A DNA stretch of 64,000 nt. It comes from Eledone cirrhosa. Its lineage: Eukaryota. The position numbers were made by a program, and so were the translations under genes. The notes beneath the pieces were generated by a model. The model was not told where the DNA came from. It searched no databases and saw only the letters and a list, made by a program, of their open reading frames with translations. This document shows positions 1-14,065 of the stretch, piece after piece. The stretch is from contig OZ024740.1 of NCBI GenBank assembly GCA_964016885.1, positions 325,934,001-325,998,000 of the forward strand. Direction: 5' to 3'. Positions within the stretch are counted from its first letter, which is position 1; every line of letters starts with the position of its first letter.

Positions 1-38
1 GTGTGACAACGGACGGAGTAAACGTGACGGTGATAAGG

Positions 39-81
<43 letters not shown>

Positions 82-96
82 TATAAATGAGAGTGT

Positions 97-1010
97 ATGT
101 GTGTATCTGTGCGTCCTAAAGAAAAACGGTTTTCGTGGGGGGGGGGGGGGGATTTTAGACAAACACTCTCAGTCATTCCAAAAGGCAAGAGGATTTATCA
201 AATCCGAGCCTGTTTGAAAAAACCGGCACTTTGGACTTCTATCAAAGTTTTGAGGCTCGCTACAAACATGGGGGCATATCTTGGTGGAGATGAACAATCA
301 GAGCAGTTTGCCCTGAATCTATTAATGCTTGAACGGAAGACTTCCTGTAGATAGAAAAGGAGCTTTTGATATAAGTCTCATAGGCACGATGGTGGAATCA
401 TTCCATCTCATAGATAAAGTGTTCCCTAATCTTGAATATCAGTTCGCAAGAGTCACTAGTGGCTCAGTGAAAGGGCTATATTGGCCCCGAAAAATGTTAC
501 TGTGAAATTGGTAAATCAAGAGCTGTTAAAAAGAATTCCAAAGGTTTCGAAATTCTATCAATCTGTCGACACTGTGGTGGAACAGTCGGAAGCTGTCAAT
601 TACCGGACAGAGTTCCTCAACTCTTTAGAACCATTAGGAATACCTCCACATGTCCTTCACTTTAAAGAAGGAGCAGCCGTCATGTTATTGAGGAATTTGG
701 ACCCACCAAGGCTATGCAACGGAACTTGATTGATTGTGAAAAATATGTATCCACACGTGATTCAAGCCACCATTTTAATACGATGTGGTAAGGTAGAGGA
801 TGTATTCGTTCCAAGAATTCCTGTTATCCCCACTGATGTCCCATTTCAATTCAAACGACTTCAATTTCCAGTGAGTCTTAGTTTAACAAATCACAAGGAC
901 AAATATTTTCGTTTGCCGGTTTACATGTTGAAGAACCCTGCTTCACCTATGGTCACCTTCACATTGGATTTTCAAGAAAAGGAAGTCAGAAAAATCTTTA
1001 CATTATGACC
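97..1010 (+). pseudogene. Helitron Rep/Helicase, PIF1-like helicase C-terminal region, decayed (stops and frameshifts)
   Basis: Consecutive ORF pieces carry PIF1/Helitron motifs: GDFRQTLSVIPKG, LAPKN, TEFLNSLEPLGIPPHVL..MLLRNLDPPRLCNGT, VFVPRIPVIPTDVPFQFKRLQFPV. In-frame stop at 727-729. Flanked by (TA)n. Confidence 0.9.
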
Positions 1011-1098
1011 AGATAGAAAAACAACAAACATTGTTAATATAAACATTATAAATTGACTCAATTAATAAAGAAATCCGTCCTCATCAAGGGGTCTATAT

Positions 1099-1210
<112 letters not shown>

Positions 1211-1519
1211 ATATGGTCGTTTTGGAAGCCTCAACAATGCAGATGGGTAATTCTCCGGGTAACAAGATCCGGTGGTGAAGAAAGAGATGTAAGTGAATGT
1301 AGAATGAGATGTATAGTGTGTATAAGAACGTAGGAAAGAGCGTAAAAAATAAAAATAATAACACGAGATAGAGTTACCTTGGGAGAGATTTAATTGTCCC
1401 TATATTTCGGATTCACATCCATCAATTGGGGGGGTTTCCGGGGGGGTTATCTGTCGGAGAGGAGCGATACGTGTCCTCTGCTGTTCGTTGTTTTGAATAA
1501 CTGAGGTATTCAATGACAA

Positions 1520-2512
1520 ACAGAGATTCCGATGCTCTGCAGAACTCATCTGCAATGTCAGTTTTGACAGCGCCGGGAATAGGCGAAGCTCCCAACGAGG
1601 TTTGGTGGCCTCGGCCACCGATCCGCTTCGGATCTGGCTGGCTCTACCGGCCTACCTTTCCTCAATCTCCTTCAGTCGCGTTCTCGTCAGCGAATTTCTC
1701 AGCAAGACGTCCGAACCTGATGTGGCACCAGAGCTCGAACAGGCTCTGGCCGACTGGACAGGCGAAGGCCTCTCTGTCCCCCAGATACAAATACCCGACG
1801 TAACTGGGACGACATCAAATGCTGCTCTTCCTTCAGGCGAATCGAGTCTGGCTTGAACCAACACCGCCCCGCCTGCCTCCGCTCCGCGTCACAGCCATAC
1901 AGTGGCGCCTGGCTCAATTCGGTGCCCTCCTCATCAACCGGTACCCTTCCTGATGACGAGTGCACGTTCATCGGAGTAACCGAACGCCTCGGCCTCCGCG
2001 TGTGTGAGCCACCTAAATGTGGCCTGTACCCACTGTCTTGCCACCAGAGCGCAGGCCAGTTCCCGCGACATGCCGCTCTCAACGACATATTGAGAAGAAG
2101 CCTGGGTGCACCTAGCTTCCCATCACAACTGGAGCAAGCAGGCCTCGACCGCGGAGACGCCAAGCGGCCTGACGGAATTACTCTCTTTCCATTCGAAGGG
2201 GGTGATCCCTCATCTAGGACGCCACATGTGACACGTTATCCGCCTCCAACGTAGTCGCTTCGGCCACAAACCCCGGTACCGCAATGCAAAAGAAAGGAAG
2301 GTAAACAAATACCGGGGATTGGTGAACCGCTTCCTCTTCGCACCGGTCTCCGTCGAGACCTCAGGTGTACTTGGACCCCGTATTGCCCAGCTTCTCCGTA
2401 AGATTGAAACGTCAGCAGCCCGTCTGATGAAGGAGTCCCACGAGGTGTGGCGACTGTTGCAGCGGACGTCGCTGGCCATTATCCGCGGGGTGCAGCCCCA
2501 ATACCGACTCAA
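1520..2512 (+). mobile_element. Decayed 3' part of a non-LTR retrotransposon with restriction-like endonuclease (CRE/NeSL-like RLE clade)
   Basis: GC-rich island. Translations SGAWLNSVPSS...RLGLRVCEPPKC...CHQSAGQFPRHAALNDILRRSL...KRPDGITLFPF and FAPVSVETSGVLG...LLQRTSLAIIRG match the zinc knuckle + PD-(D/E)xK RLE C-terminus. Frameshifted, ends in (TA)n. Confidence 0.8.
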
Positions 2513-2577
<65 letters not shown>

Positions 2578-2580
<3 letters not shown>

Positions 2581-2838
2581 CAAAGAGATATTTAATTTGT
2601 TGGTAATTCAACTAATTTATTTATAACAGATTCGAAGCACTCAACAGTTTACCTGGAGTATCCAAACGGAACCTGAACCGATAAGGTCTGGTTTCTGGGG
2701 CATGTCACTATTTATAAAAAGAATTTTGTATTTTATCTGATGAGAGCGTACCAAAGTTTTTGGTACCCTTGAAATACATATATAATCAAATAAATATGGT
2801 TTTATAAATATAGTTTCTATTTATTAACATCATTGATA
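2578..2838 (+). mobile_element. PLE 3' end/pLTR fragment with hammerhead ribozyme motif (same family as 35900-36026)
   Basis: CTGATGA 2737-2743, stem II gtacca/tggtac, GAAA 2771-2774, then aataaatatggttttataaatatagttt, which is shared with 23567-23630 and 35965-36026. Flanked by (TA)n on both sides. Confidence 0.75.
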
Positions 2839-2854
2839 TATATATATATATATA

Positions 2855-3545
2855 GCGTCACTGATAGGTTTGCTGCCGAGTGCTGCACGGCAGGAATGAA
2901 AATCAATGCTGCGATGACTGAGGCACACGTCCTCTCAAGGAAGCCTGCACAGTGCACTCTACACGTGAATGGAATTTCACTGACGCTAGTGGAGAAATTC
3001 AAGTATCTCAAGGATGTGTTCACAAGTAGTGGGAGGCAAGAGACTGAATTTAGTGCAAGAATTGCAGGAGCTAGTGCAGTAAAACGCCTGGTCGGTCGGC
3101 AGAAGAAGGGAGGTAGGTGTAAAAGCCAAACTCGCTATCTTCAATTCAGTCTGCGTGACAACCCTTACTGATAGTCAGGAATCTTGGGTAATGACCGAAA
3201 GAATACGATCCGGAATACAAGAGGTTTCTCCGAATGGTCATTGAAATAACGTTAGTCGATAGAGTGCGTAACTTGGAGATGAGAGAAACGCTCCAGGTAA
3301 TGCCTCTACTTCACCGAATTCAGAGATCTCAGCTCCGATACTAAGAGCATGGGGTTAGAATGTGTCAGGAAAGAATGGCTGGGCAGATTTCACCGACAAA
3401 AACAACCGGCAGGTGATTAAGGGGTAGATCTTGGGCAAGGTGGTTGGATAACGTCCATGAGCTGAGCTGGTTTCGCTTGGGGATCTAGCCGGAACATTTG
3501 GAGAAGCTCACTTCTGACAGGGCCTACTCGAAGTCGTGTCTGAGG
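2855..3545 (+). mobile_element. RTE-clade LINE 3' fragment (RT C-terminus), degenerate
   Basis: DRFAAECCTAGMKINAAMTE...VNGISLTLVEKFKYL...EFSARIAGASAV is typical RTE RT domain 6-7 sequence. Downstream degenerate GR..RGRS..RWLD motif. Confidence 0.8.
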
Positions 3546-3568
3546 ACACTGTCCACACGAAGAAGTGC

Positions 3569-4120
3569 TCATTTATGTTTATTGCCTCTGTGATTTGTCT
3601 AAACATTGCGTCTTTTCTGAACATAGAAATAAAAATAGAATCTACACACAGAAAAGACGCAATGTTTAGACAAATCACAGAGGCAATAAACATAAATGAA
3701 CTCCAACCAAAATTAAATAGAAAACATGAATGGAATAGCAACATCACAACTTACAATTAAGGACAAAATGAAAACACACACACACAGAACAAACAACCAA
3801 CCAGTAACATGTAAATAAACAAATAAATAAACAAATATAAGCACACACAGACACCCGGATGTAACACATGCGCAAACTAAGCACACAACACACACAAAAA
3901 GAAGATGGCGTAGGACAGAACAAAGGAGAGGCACAAAAACAAAGAAAAGAATCCCCAGTCACTGAAGAGGTCACAGAATGTGTGATGAAAGAACTTTGAC
4001 AATATATGAACAACCGTCCGGTTGTGGAACCAACCAACCGGAAATTTATAAATCCTTAAATTGGAGTGAAAGCGATTGGTGCGTGTGTTTCTTATTGGCA
4101 ACGTGACCCTCCCAAAGCAT

Positions 4121-4126
<6 letters not shown>
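3569..4126 (+). mobile_element. PLE 3' fragment: GIY-YIG C-terminal end, 51-bp 5' inversion, hammerhead, terminal sequence
   Basis: ...MFRQITEAININELQPKLNRKHEW resembles the E..I....P.LN end of PLE GIY-YIG domains. Arms 3569-3619 and 3649-3699 are inverted. HHR gtca-CTGAAGA(3962)...GAAA(3987)gaac-TT-tgac. Terminus is shared with 21690-21755 and with 36600-36666 (opposite strand). Confidence 0.75.
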
Positions 4127-4193
<67 letters not shown>

Positions 4194-4327
4194 GTAGATA
4201 AATCTACCAAGAGTTTACGGTAGTGTCCAATCCGTATGAAGAACTCAATGTATTCCGGATATCATGGAAAGAAGAGATGTAATGAAAATCCACTTTCGGT
4301 GAAAGATAAACGGTATACAGAGTCAAG

Positions 4328-4742
4328 ATAAAATATTAAACAAATAATGAACAAACAATTCCTTATATTAAACAAAAAAAGTTCACTATTTAACGATCGT
4401 TTCTAGGGCATATATGTGTTATAATTGGTATGCATATTTAACAGATCTATGTACAAAATTATACAAAATTATACAAATTATCAAGATTAAATATACATAC
4501 CTAACTCATATATACGCCGTCTTCAGAAATATTATTATTATTTCTGAAGACGGCGTATATATGAGTTAGGTATGTATATTTAATCTTGATAATTTGTATA
4601 ATTTTGTATAATTTTGTACATAGATCTGTTAAATATGCATACCAATTATAACACATATATGCCCTAGAAACGATCGTTAAATAGTGAACTTTTTTTGTTT
4701 AATATAAGGAATTGTTTGTTCATTATTTGTTTAATATTTTAT
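4328..4742. repeat. ~415-bp near-perfect palindrome containing a hammerhead on each strand
   Basis: Arms of ~200 bp, axis near 4535 (cttcagaaata ttattat tatttctgaag). Confidence 0.95.
4535..4687 (+). ncRNA. Minimal type I hammerhead ribozyme with ~116-nt stem II region
   Basis: Stem I ttattattt/aaatagtga, CTGAAGA 4544-4550, stem II ggcgtatatatg...catatatgcc, GAAA 4667-4670, C-GATC-G stem III, GUU triplet. Confidence 0.75.
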
Positions 4743-4759
4743 ATATATATATATATATA

Positions 4760-4954
4760 TAACGAAGGAAATGTGGTAAGGAACCAGGTGAACCATAACG
4801 TACCAAAGTACTCAATACTTAGGGTAGTAGAGTGGGTAATAGGAACAAGTAAGACCCCGGCGGCTGAGCTCAAGCCGTTTCGACGGCTAATTCTGTACTG
4901 AATTAGCCGTCGAAACGGCTTGAGCTCAGCTGTCGGGGTCTTACTTGTTCCTAT
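4760..4954. mobile_element. ~195-bp TA-inserted element ending in a 116-bp hairpin (copy 1; copy 2 at 42074-42270)
   Basis: aacgaaggaaatgtggtaaggaaccag... followed by palindrome 4839-4954. Contains GAAAC of a probable hammerhead 3' half. Confidence 0.8.
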
Positions 4955-4984
4955 ATATATATAGAAAAGGCTTCTACAGGACAA

Positions 4985-5020
4985 GAACTGTTTCATTCAG
5001 GAGAAATCATCAGGAATATT
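4985..5020 (-). ncRNA. Degenerate minimal hammerhead motif
   Basis: Minus strand reads CTGATGA-tttctcctgaat-GAAA-cagtt. Stem I is weak. Confidence 0.35.
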
Positions 5021-5086
5021 TATACTCTGTTTTGTATTGAGTACCTTACTTAGTGTGGTTACCCTCGATTGAACCCGGGATAAATT

Positions 5087-5150
<64 letters not shown>

Positions 5151-5319
5151 TGTGTGTGTGTGTGTGTATGCGTGCGTGTGTGTCTGCTAAGATAAATAAA
5201 TAAATGAGACTACTGTGGATAGATAGACGGGGGAAAAGGAAAATAGATCTCTTCTTATTGCATTCCTTTACGGAACGGAATGTCTTCTCGACATTTAGTG
5301 CACAAAATTCCGTAAACAC

Positions 5320-5358
<39 letters not shown>

Positions 5359-5622
5359 TACACAAACACACACATGCACAGAGTCACATTGACACGTGTA
5401 CACAAACACGTAGGCATATACACATTTATACAGACGTACACAGTCACAAATACTTACACATACACACGTACACAATCACGTAGGTACATACAAATTTATG
5501 CACACGTACATACTGTGACAAATACTTACACACACATACAGATATACGTGTACACAAACACGTAGGCACATACAAATGTATACACACGTACATACAATGT
5601 AAAATACTTACACACAGACACA

Positions 5623-5683
<61 letters not shown>

Positions 5684-5929
5684 ACGTATATAAATAAATA
5701 TATATATATATGTGGGGGGGGGGGGCGTGGAAGTTTCCCCTCTCTAACATTAATCTGTCATATACTGCTACTGCCACTATATATATATATATATATATAG
5801 ATGAGATTCTACCCGGAATAACGTATATATATATATATATATATAGTGAAAAATGGAACGGGAACAAAACAGAGAGGCAGTACGAACAAAGGTTTATTAG
5901 TTTCACGCTCTTGAGAGTGGGGTGGTGGG

Positions 5930-5970
5930 GGGGAACGACGTTTCGGGCATAAGCTCTTCTTCAGGCGAAA
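5930..5970 (-). ncRNA. Minimal hammerhead motif in a TA-flanked PLE end
   Basis: Minus strand reads cgc-CTGAAGA-agagcttatgccc-GAAA-cgtc. Confidence 0.5.
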
Positions 5971-6175
5971 AGTGTGTGGAAAGAGATTTCCAAGGGTGTG
6001 TTGGGGAGTGGGGGAGCGACATTTAGAAAAAAGGGGGTGAGAGGAAACGGTACAAATGAAAATAAATATAAAAACATAATAAAAAAAAAAGCATGAAGAT
6101 AAACAAGTAGTTGAAGGGTGTGGGGCGTGTAGGGGTGGTGGCGGGTGGAGTGGGGAGAGGGAGGCGGGGTGTCCG

Positions 6176-6540
6176 AATGAAAATCCGAAGGCAAGGTAAA
6201 ATTCCAATCATTTAATCACGACACATGTTTCAATAAGAGATAGATCGATTGTGAAGCCATGATCGATTATCACTGATCTCATCAGGTGAAAATGAATTGT
6301 CTTCAAATTCTTGATATGAGGGAGAAAAATAACGATGTTCTCTCACAGAATCCATTCCCTCACAATTCTGTGAGAGAATATCGTTATTTTTCTCCCTCAT
6401 ATCAAGAATTTGAAGACAATTCATTTTCACCTGATGAGATCAGTGATAATCGATCATGGCTTCACAATCGATCTATCTCTTATTGAAACATGTGTCGTGA
6501 TTAAATGATTGGAATTTTACCTTGCCTTCGGATTTTCATT
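6176..6540. repeat. 365-bp inverted repeat (arms ~175 bp, 13-nt loop) with hammerheads on both strands
   Basis: The ORF track shows mirror ORFs 6230-6430(-) and 6286-6486(+) with near-identical peptides. Loop ccattccctcaca at ~6352-6364. Confidence 0.95.
6421..6508 (+). ncRNA. Minimal type I hammerhead ribozyme
   Basis: tcac-CTGATGA(6431-6437)...GAAA(6485-6488)-C-ATGT-GTC-gtga. Stem I tcac/gtga, GUC cleavage triplet. Confidence 0.75.
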
Positions 6541-6683
6541 TTGATACTTATACTCCGTTTTACATCATCTAGCTGTTTCCTTGAATGGAATTGGAGATAT
6601 ACAAAAGCGTGGAGAACTTAATATTGTTAACATAAATTTATTGGACCATTTTACACAACCAATATTGCACCTTACTATATAAC

Positions 6684-6775
<92 letters not shown>

Positions 6776-6867
6776 GCAGTACCAGTATATGACAGATTAT
6801 ATATATATATATATATAGTGGCAGTAGCAGTATGACATTAATGTTAGAGAGAGGAAACTCCCACGTC

Positions 6868-8490
<1,623 letters not shown>

Positions 8491-8599
8491 GTACGCAATA
8501 GAGCAATCGATACTAGATGAACATTTTAGAGGGGAAACTCCCACGTATGATTTAACATTAACATTGGAGAAATTGGGTGATGCACATGACTGACAGCTT

Positions 8600-11500
8600 G
8601 TATGTAGTATGTGTTGGTGTGTTGGGGAGTATCTGTAGTGTTGGTGTGTTGGGGAGTATCTGTAGTGTTGGTGTGTTGGGGAGTATCTGTAGTGTTGGTG
8701 TGTTGGGGAGTATCTGTAGTGTGTTGGTGTGTTGGGGAGTATCTGTAGTGTTGGTGTGTTGGGGAGTATCTGTAGTGTGTGTGTGTTGGGGAGTATCTGT
8801 AGTGTTGGTGTGTTGGGGAGTATCTGCAGTGTGTGTGTGTGTTGGGGAGTATCTGTAGTGTGTGTGTGTGTTGGGGAGTATCTGTAGTGTTGGTGTGTTG
8901 GGGAGTATCTGTAGTGTGTTGGTGTGTTGGGGAGTATCTGTAGTGTTGGTGTGTTGGGGAGTATCTGTAGTGTGTGTGTGTTGGGGAGTATCTGTAGTGT
9001 TGGTGTGTTGGGGAGTATCTGTAGTGTGTGTGTGTTGGGGAGTATCTGTAGTGTGTGTGTGTGTTGGGGAGTATCTGTAGTGTGTGTGTGTTGGGAGTAT
9101 CTGCAGTGTGTGTGTTGGGGAGTATCTGTACTGTGTGTTGGTGTGTTGGGGAGTATCTGTAGTGTTGGTGTGTTGGGGAGTATCTGTAGTGTGTGGGTGT
9201 GTTGGGGAGTATCTGTAGTATGTGTGTGTTGGGGAGTATCTGTAGTGTTGGTGTGTTGGGGAGTATCTGTAGTGTTGGTGTGTTGGGGAGTATCTGTAGT
9301 GTTGGTGTGTTGGGGAGTATCTGTAGTGTTGGTGTGTTGGGGAGTATCTGTAGTGTGTGTGTGTGTTGGGGAGTATCTGTAGTGTTGGTGTGTTGGGGAG
9401 TATCTGTAGTGTTGGTGTGTTGGGGAGTATCTGTAGTGTTGGTGTGTTGGGGAGTATCTGTAGTGTTGGTGTGTTGGGGAGTATCTGTAGTGTTGGTGTG
9501 TTGGGGAGTATCTGTAGTGTTTGTGTGTTGGGGAGTATCTGTAGTGTGTGTGTGTGTTGGGGAGTATCTGTAGTGTGTGTGTGTGTTGGGGAGTATCTGT
9601 AGTGTGTGTGTGTTGGGGAGTATCTGTAGTGTGTGTGTGTGTTGGGGAGTATCTGTAGTGTGTGTGTGTTGGGGAGTATCTGTAGTGTGTGTGTGTGTTG
9701 GGGAGTATCTGTAGTGTTGGTGTGTTGGGGAGTATCTGTAGTGTTGGTGTGTTGGGGAGTATCTGTAGTGTGTGTGTGTTGGGGAGTATCTGTAGTGTGT
9801 GTGTGTGTTGGGGAGTATCTGTAGTGTTGGTGTGTTGGGGAGTATCTGTAGTGTTGGTGTGTTGGGGAGTATCTGTAGTGTTGGTGTGTTGGGGAGTATC
9901 TGTAGTGTTGGTGTTTGGGGAGTATCTGTAGTGTGTGTGTGTGTTGGGGAGTATCTGTAGTGTGTGTGTGTTGGGGAGTATCTGTAGTGTGTGTGTGTTG
10001 GGGAGTATCTGTAGTGTTGGTGTGTTGGGGAGTATCTGTAGTGTTGGTGTGTTGGGGAGTATCTGTAGTGTTGGTGTGTTGGGGAGTATCTGTAGTGTGT
10101 GTGTGTGTTGGGGAGTATCTGTAGTGTAGTGTGTGTTGGGGAGTATCTGTAGTGTTGGTGTGTTGGGGAGTATCTGTAGTGTAGTGTGTGTTGGGGAGTA
10201 TCTGTAGTGTTGGTGTGTTGGGGAGTATCTGTAGTGTGTGTGTGTTGGGGAGTATCTGTAGTGTTGGTGTGTTGGGGAGTATCTGTAGTGTTGGTGTGTT
10301 GGGGAGTATCTGTAGTGTTGGTGTGTTGGGGAGTATCTGTAGTGTGGTGTGTGTTGGGGAGTATCTGTAGTGTGTTGGTGTGTTGGGGAGTATCTGTAGT
10401 GTTGGTGTGTTGGGGAGTATCTGTAGTATGTGTTGGTGTGTTGGGGAGTATCTGTAGTGTTGGTGTGTTGGGGAGTATCTGTAGTATGTGTTGGTGTGTT
10501 GGGGAGTATCTGTAGTGTTGGTGTGTTGGGGAGTATCTGTAGTGTGTGTGTGTTGGGGAGTATCTGTAGTGTGTGTGTGTTGGGGAGTATCTGTAGTGTT
10601 GGTGTGTTGGGGAGTATCTGTAGTGTTGGTGTGTTGGGGAGTATCTGTAGTGTGTTGGTGTGTTGGGGAGTATCTGTAGTGTGTTGGTGTGTTGGGGAGT
10701 ATCTGTAGTGTGTGTGTGTTGGGGAGTATCTGTAGTGTTGGTGTGTTGGGGAGTATCTGTAGTGTTGGTGTGTTGGGGAGTATCTGTAGTGTTGGTGTGT
10801 TGGGGAGTATCTGTAGTGTTGGTGTGTTGGGGAGTATCTGTAGTGTTGGTGTGTTGGGGAGTATCTGTAGTGTTGGTGTGTTGGGGAGTATCTGTAGTGT
10901 TGGTGTGTTGGGGAGTATCTGTAGTGTTGGTGTGTTGGGGAGTATCTGTAGTGTTTGTGTGTTGGGGAGTATCTGTAGTGTTGGTGTGTTGGGGAGTATC
11001 TGTAGTATGTGTTGGTGTGTTGGGGAGTATCTGTAGTGTTGGTGTGTTGGGGAGTATCTGTAGTGGTGGTGTGTTGGGGAGTATCTGTAGTATTGGTGTG
11101 TTGGGGAGTATCTGTAGTGTTGGTGTGTTGGGGAGTATCTGTAGTGTTGGTGTGTTGGGGAGTATCTGTAGTATGTGTTGGTGTGTTGGGGAGTATCTGT
11201 AGTGTTGGTGTGTTGGGGAGTATCTGTAGTATGTGTTGGTGTGTTGGGGAGTATCTGTAGTGTTGGTGTGTTGGGGAGTATCTGTAGTGTTGGTGTGTTG
11301 GGGAGTATCTGTAGTATGTGTTGGTGTGTTGGGGAGTATCTGTAGTGTTGGTGTGTTGGGGAGTATCTGTAGTGTGTGTGTGTTGGGGAGTATCTGTAGT
11401 GTTGGTGTGTTGGGGAGTATCTGTAGTGTTGGTGTGTTGGGGAGTATCTGTAGTATTGGTGTGTTGGGGAGTATCTGTAGTGTTGGTGTGTTGGGGAGTA

Positions 11501-13860
11501 TCTGTAGTGTTGGTGTGTTGGGGAGTATCTGTAGTGTTGGTGTGTTGGGGAGTATCTGTAGTGTTGGTGTGTTGGGGAGTATCTGTAGTGTTGGTGTGTT
11601 GGGGAGTATCTGTAGTGTTGGTGTGTTGGGGAGTATCTGTAGTGTTGGTGTGTTGGGGAGTATCTGTAGTGTTGGTGTGTTGGGGAGTATCTGTAGTGTT
11701 GGTGTGTTGGGGAGTATCTGAAGTGTTGGTGTGTTGGGGAGTATCTGTAGTGTTGGTGTGTTGGGGAGTATCTGTAGTGTTGGTGTGTTGGGAGTATCTG
11801 TAGTATGTGTTGGTGTGTTGGGGAGTATCTGTAGTGTGTGTGTGTTGGGGAGTATCTGTAGTGTTGGTGTGTTGGGGAGTATCTGTAGTGTTGGTGTGTT
11901 GGGGAGTATCTGTAGTGTTGGTGTGTTGGGGAGTATCTGTAGTGTGTGTGTGTTGGGGAGTATCTGTAGTGTGTGTGTGTTGGGGAGTATCTGTAGTGTT
12001 GGTGTGTTGGGGAGTATCTGTAGTGTTGGTGTGTTGGGAGTATCTGTAGTGTTGGTGTGTTGGGGAGTATCTGTAGAGTGTGTGTGTTGGGGAGTATCTG
12101 TAGTGTTGGTGTGTTGGGGGAGTATCTGTAGTGTTGGTGTGTTGGGGAGTATCTGTAGTGTGTGTCTGTTGGGGAGTATCTGTAGTGTGTGTGTGTTGGG
12201 GAGTATCTGTAGTGTTGGTGTGTTGGGGAGTATCTGTAGTGTTGGTGTGTTGGGGAGTATCTGTAGTGTTGGTGTGTTGGGGAGTATCTGTAGTGTTGGT
12301 GTGTTGGGGAGTATCTGTAGTGTGTGTGTGTTGGGGAGTATCTGTAGTGTGTGTGTGTTGGGGAGTATCTGTAGTGTTGGTGTGTTGGGGAGTATCTGTA
12401 GTGTTGGTGTGTTGGGGAGTATCTGTAGTATGTGTTGGTGTGTTGGGGAGTATCTGTAGTGTTGGTGTGTTGGGGAGTATCTGTAGTGTTGGTGTGTTGG
12501 GGAGTATCTGTAGTATGTGTTGGTGTGTTGGGGAGTATCTGTAGTGTTGGTGTGTTGGGGAGTATCTGTAGTATGTGTTGGTGTGTTGGGGAGTATCTGT
12601 AGTGTTGGTGTGTTGGGGAGTATCTGTAGTGTTGGTGTGTTGGGGAGTATCTGTAGTGTTGGTGTGTTGGGGAGTATCTGTAGTGTTGGTGTGTTGGGGA
12701 GTATCTGTAGTGTGTGTGTGTGTTGGGGAGTATCTGTAGTGTTGGTGTGTTGGGGAGTATCTGTAGTGTTGGTGTGTTGGGGAGTATCTGTAGTGTTGGT
12801 GTGTTGGGGAGTATCTGTAGTGTTGGTGTGTTGGGGAGTATCTGTAGTGTGTGGGTGTGTTGGGGAGTATCTGTAGTGTGTGTGTGTTGGGGAGTATCTG
12901 TAGTGTTGGTGTGTTGGGGAGTATCTGTAGTGTTGGTGTGTTGGGGAGTATCTGTAGTGTTGGTGTGTTGGGGAGTATCTGTAGTGTGTGTGTGTGTTGG
13001 GGAGTATCTGTAGTGTTGGTGTGTTGGGGAGTATCTGTAGTGTTGGTGTGTTGGGGAGTATCTGTAGTGTTGGTGTGTTGGGGAGTATCTGTAGTGTTGG
13101 TGTGTTGGGGAGTATCTGTAGTGTTGGTGTGTTGGGGAGTATCTGTAGTGTTGGTGTGTTGGGGAGTATCTGTAGTGTGTGTGTGTTGGGGAGTATCTGT
13201 AGTGTGTGTGTGTGTTGGGGAGTATCTGTAGTGTTGGTGTGTTGGGGAGTATCTGTAGTGTTGGTGTGTTGGGGAGTATCTGTAGTGTGTTGGTGTGTTG
13301 GGGAGTATCTGTAGTGTGTGTGTGTTGGGGAGTATCTGTAGTGTGTGTGTGTTGGGGAGTATCTGTAGTGTTGGTGTGTTGGGGAGTATCTGTAGTGTTG
13401 GTGTGTTGGGGAGTATCTGTAGTGTTGGTGTGTTGGGGAGTATCTGTAGTGTGTGTGTGTTGGGGAGTATCTGTAGTGTTGGTGTGTTGGGGAGTATCTG
13501 TAGTGTTGGTGTGTTGGGGAGTATCTGTAGTGTTGGTGTGTTGGGGAGTATGTGTAGTGTTGGTGTGTTGGGGAGTATCTGTAGTGTTGGTGTGTTGGGG
13601 AGTATCTGTAGTGTTGGTGTGTTGGGGAGTATCTGTAGTGTTGGTGTGTTGGGGAGTATCTGTAGTGTTGGTGTGTTGGGGAGTATCTGTAGTGTTGGTG
13701 TGTTGGGGAGTATCTGTAGTGTGTGTGTGTGTTGGGGAGTATCTGTAGTGTTGGTGTGTTGGGGAGTATCTGTAGTGTGTTGGTGTGTTGGGGAGTATTT
13801 GTAGTGTAGTGTGTGTGTGTGTTGGGAAGTATCTGTAGTGTGTGTGTGTGTGTGTGTGTA
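8600..13860. repeat. 27-bp minisatellite (gttggggagtatctgtagtgttggtgt)n, roughly 190 copies
   Basis: Near-invariant GGGGAGTATCTGTAG core with variable (GT)n linker; 27/29/31-bp unit variants. Confidence 0.98.
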
Positions 13861-14065
13861 CTGATGAGGAGTGCTGTGTGTTGGTGTACGTGTTCGTATG
13901 GATGTGTGTAGGGGGGGCGGTATGGGGGGTATGTGTGTTGGTGTACTGCAGTGTGCAGTGGTGTGGTGATGTGATGGTGGTGGTGTGTGTGTGTACTGAA
14001 CTGTGGAGTGAAGTGTATGTGCTGATGCATGTACATACTGGCATATATGTGTGTGTGTGTGTGTT

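Noticed and set aside
6230-6486. Pair of near-identical 66-aa ORFs on opposite strands
   Set aside because: Artefact of the palindrome.
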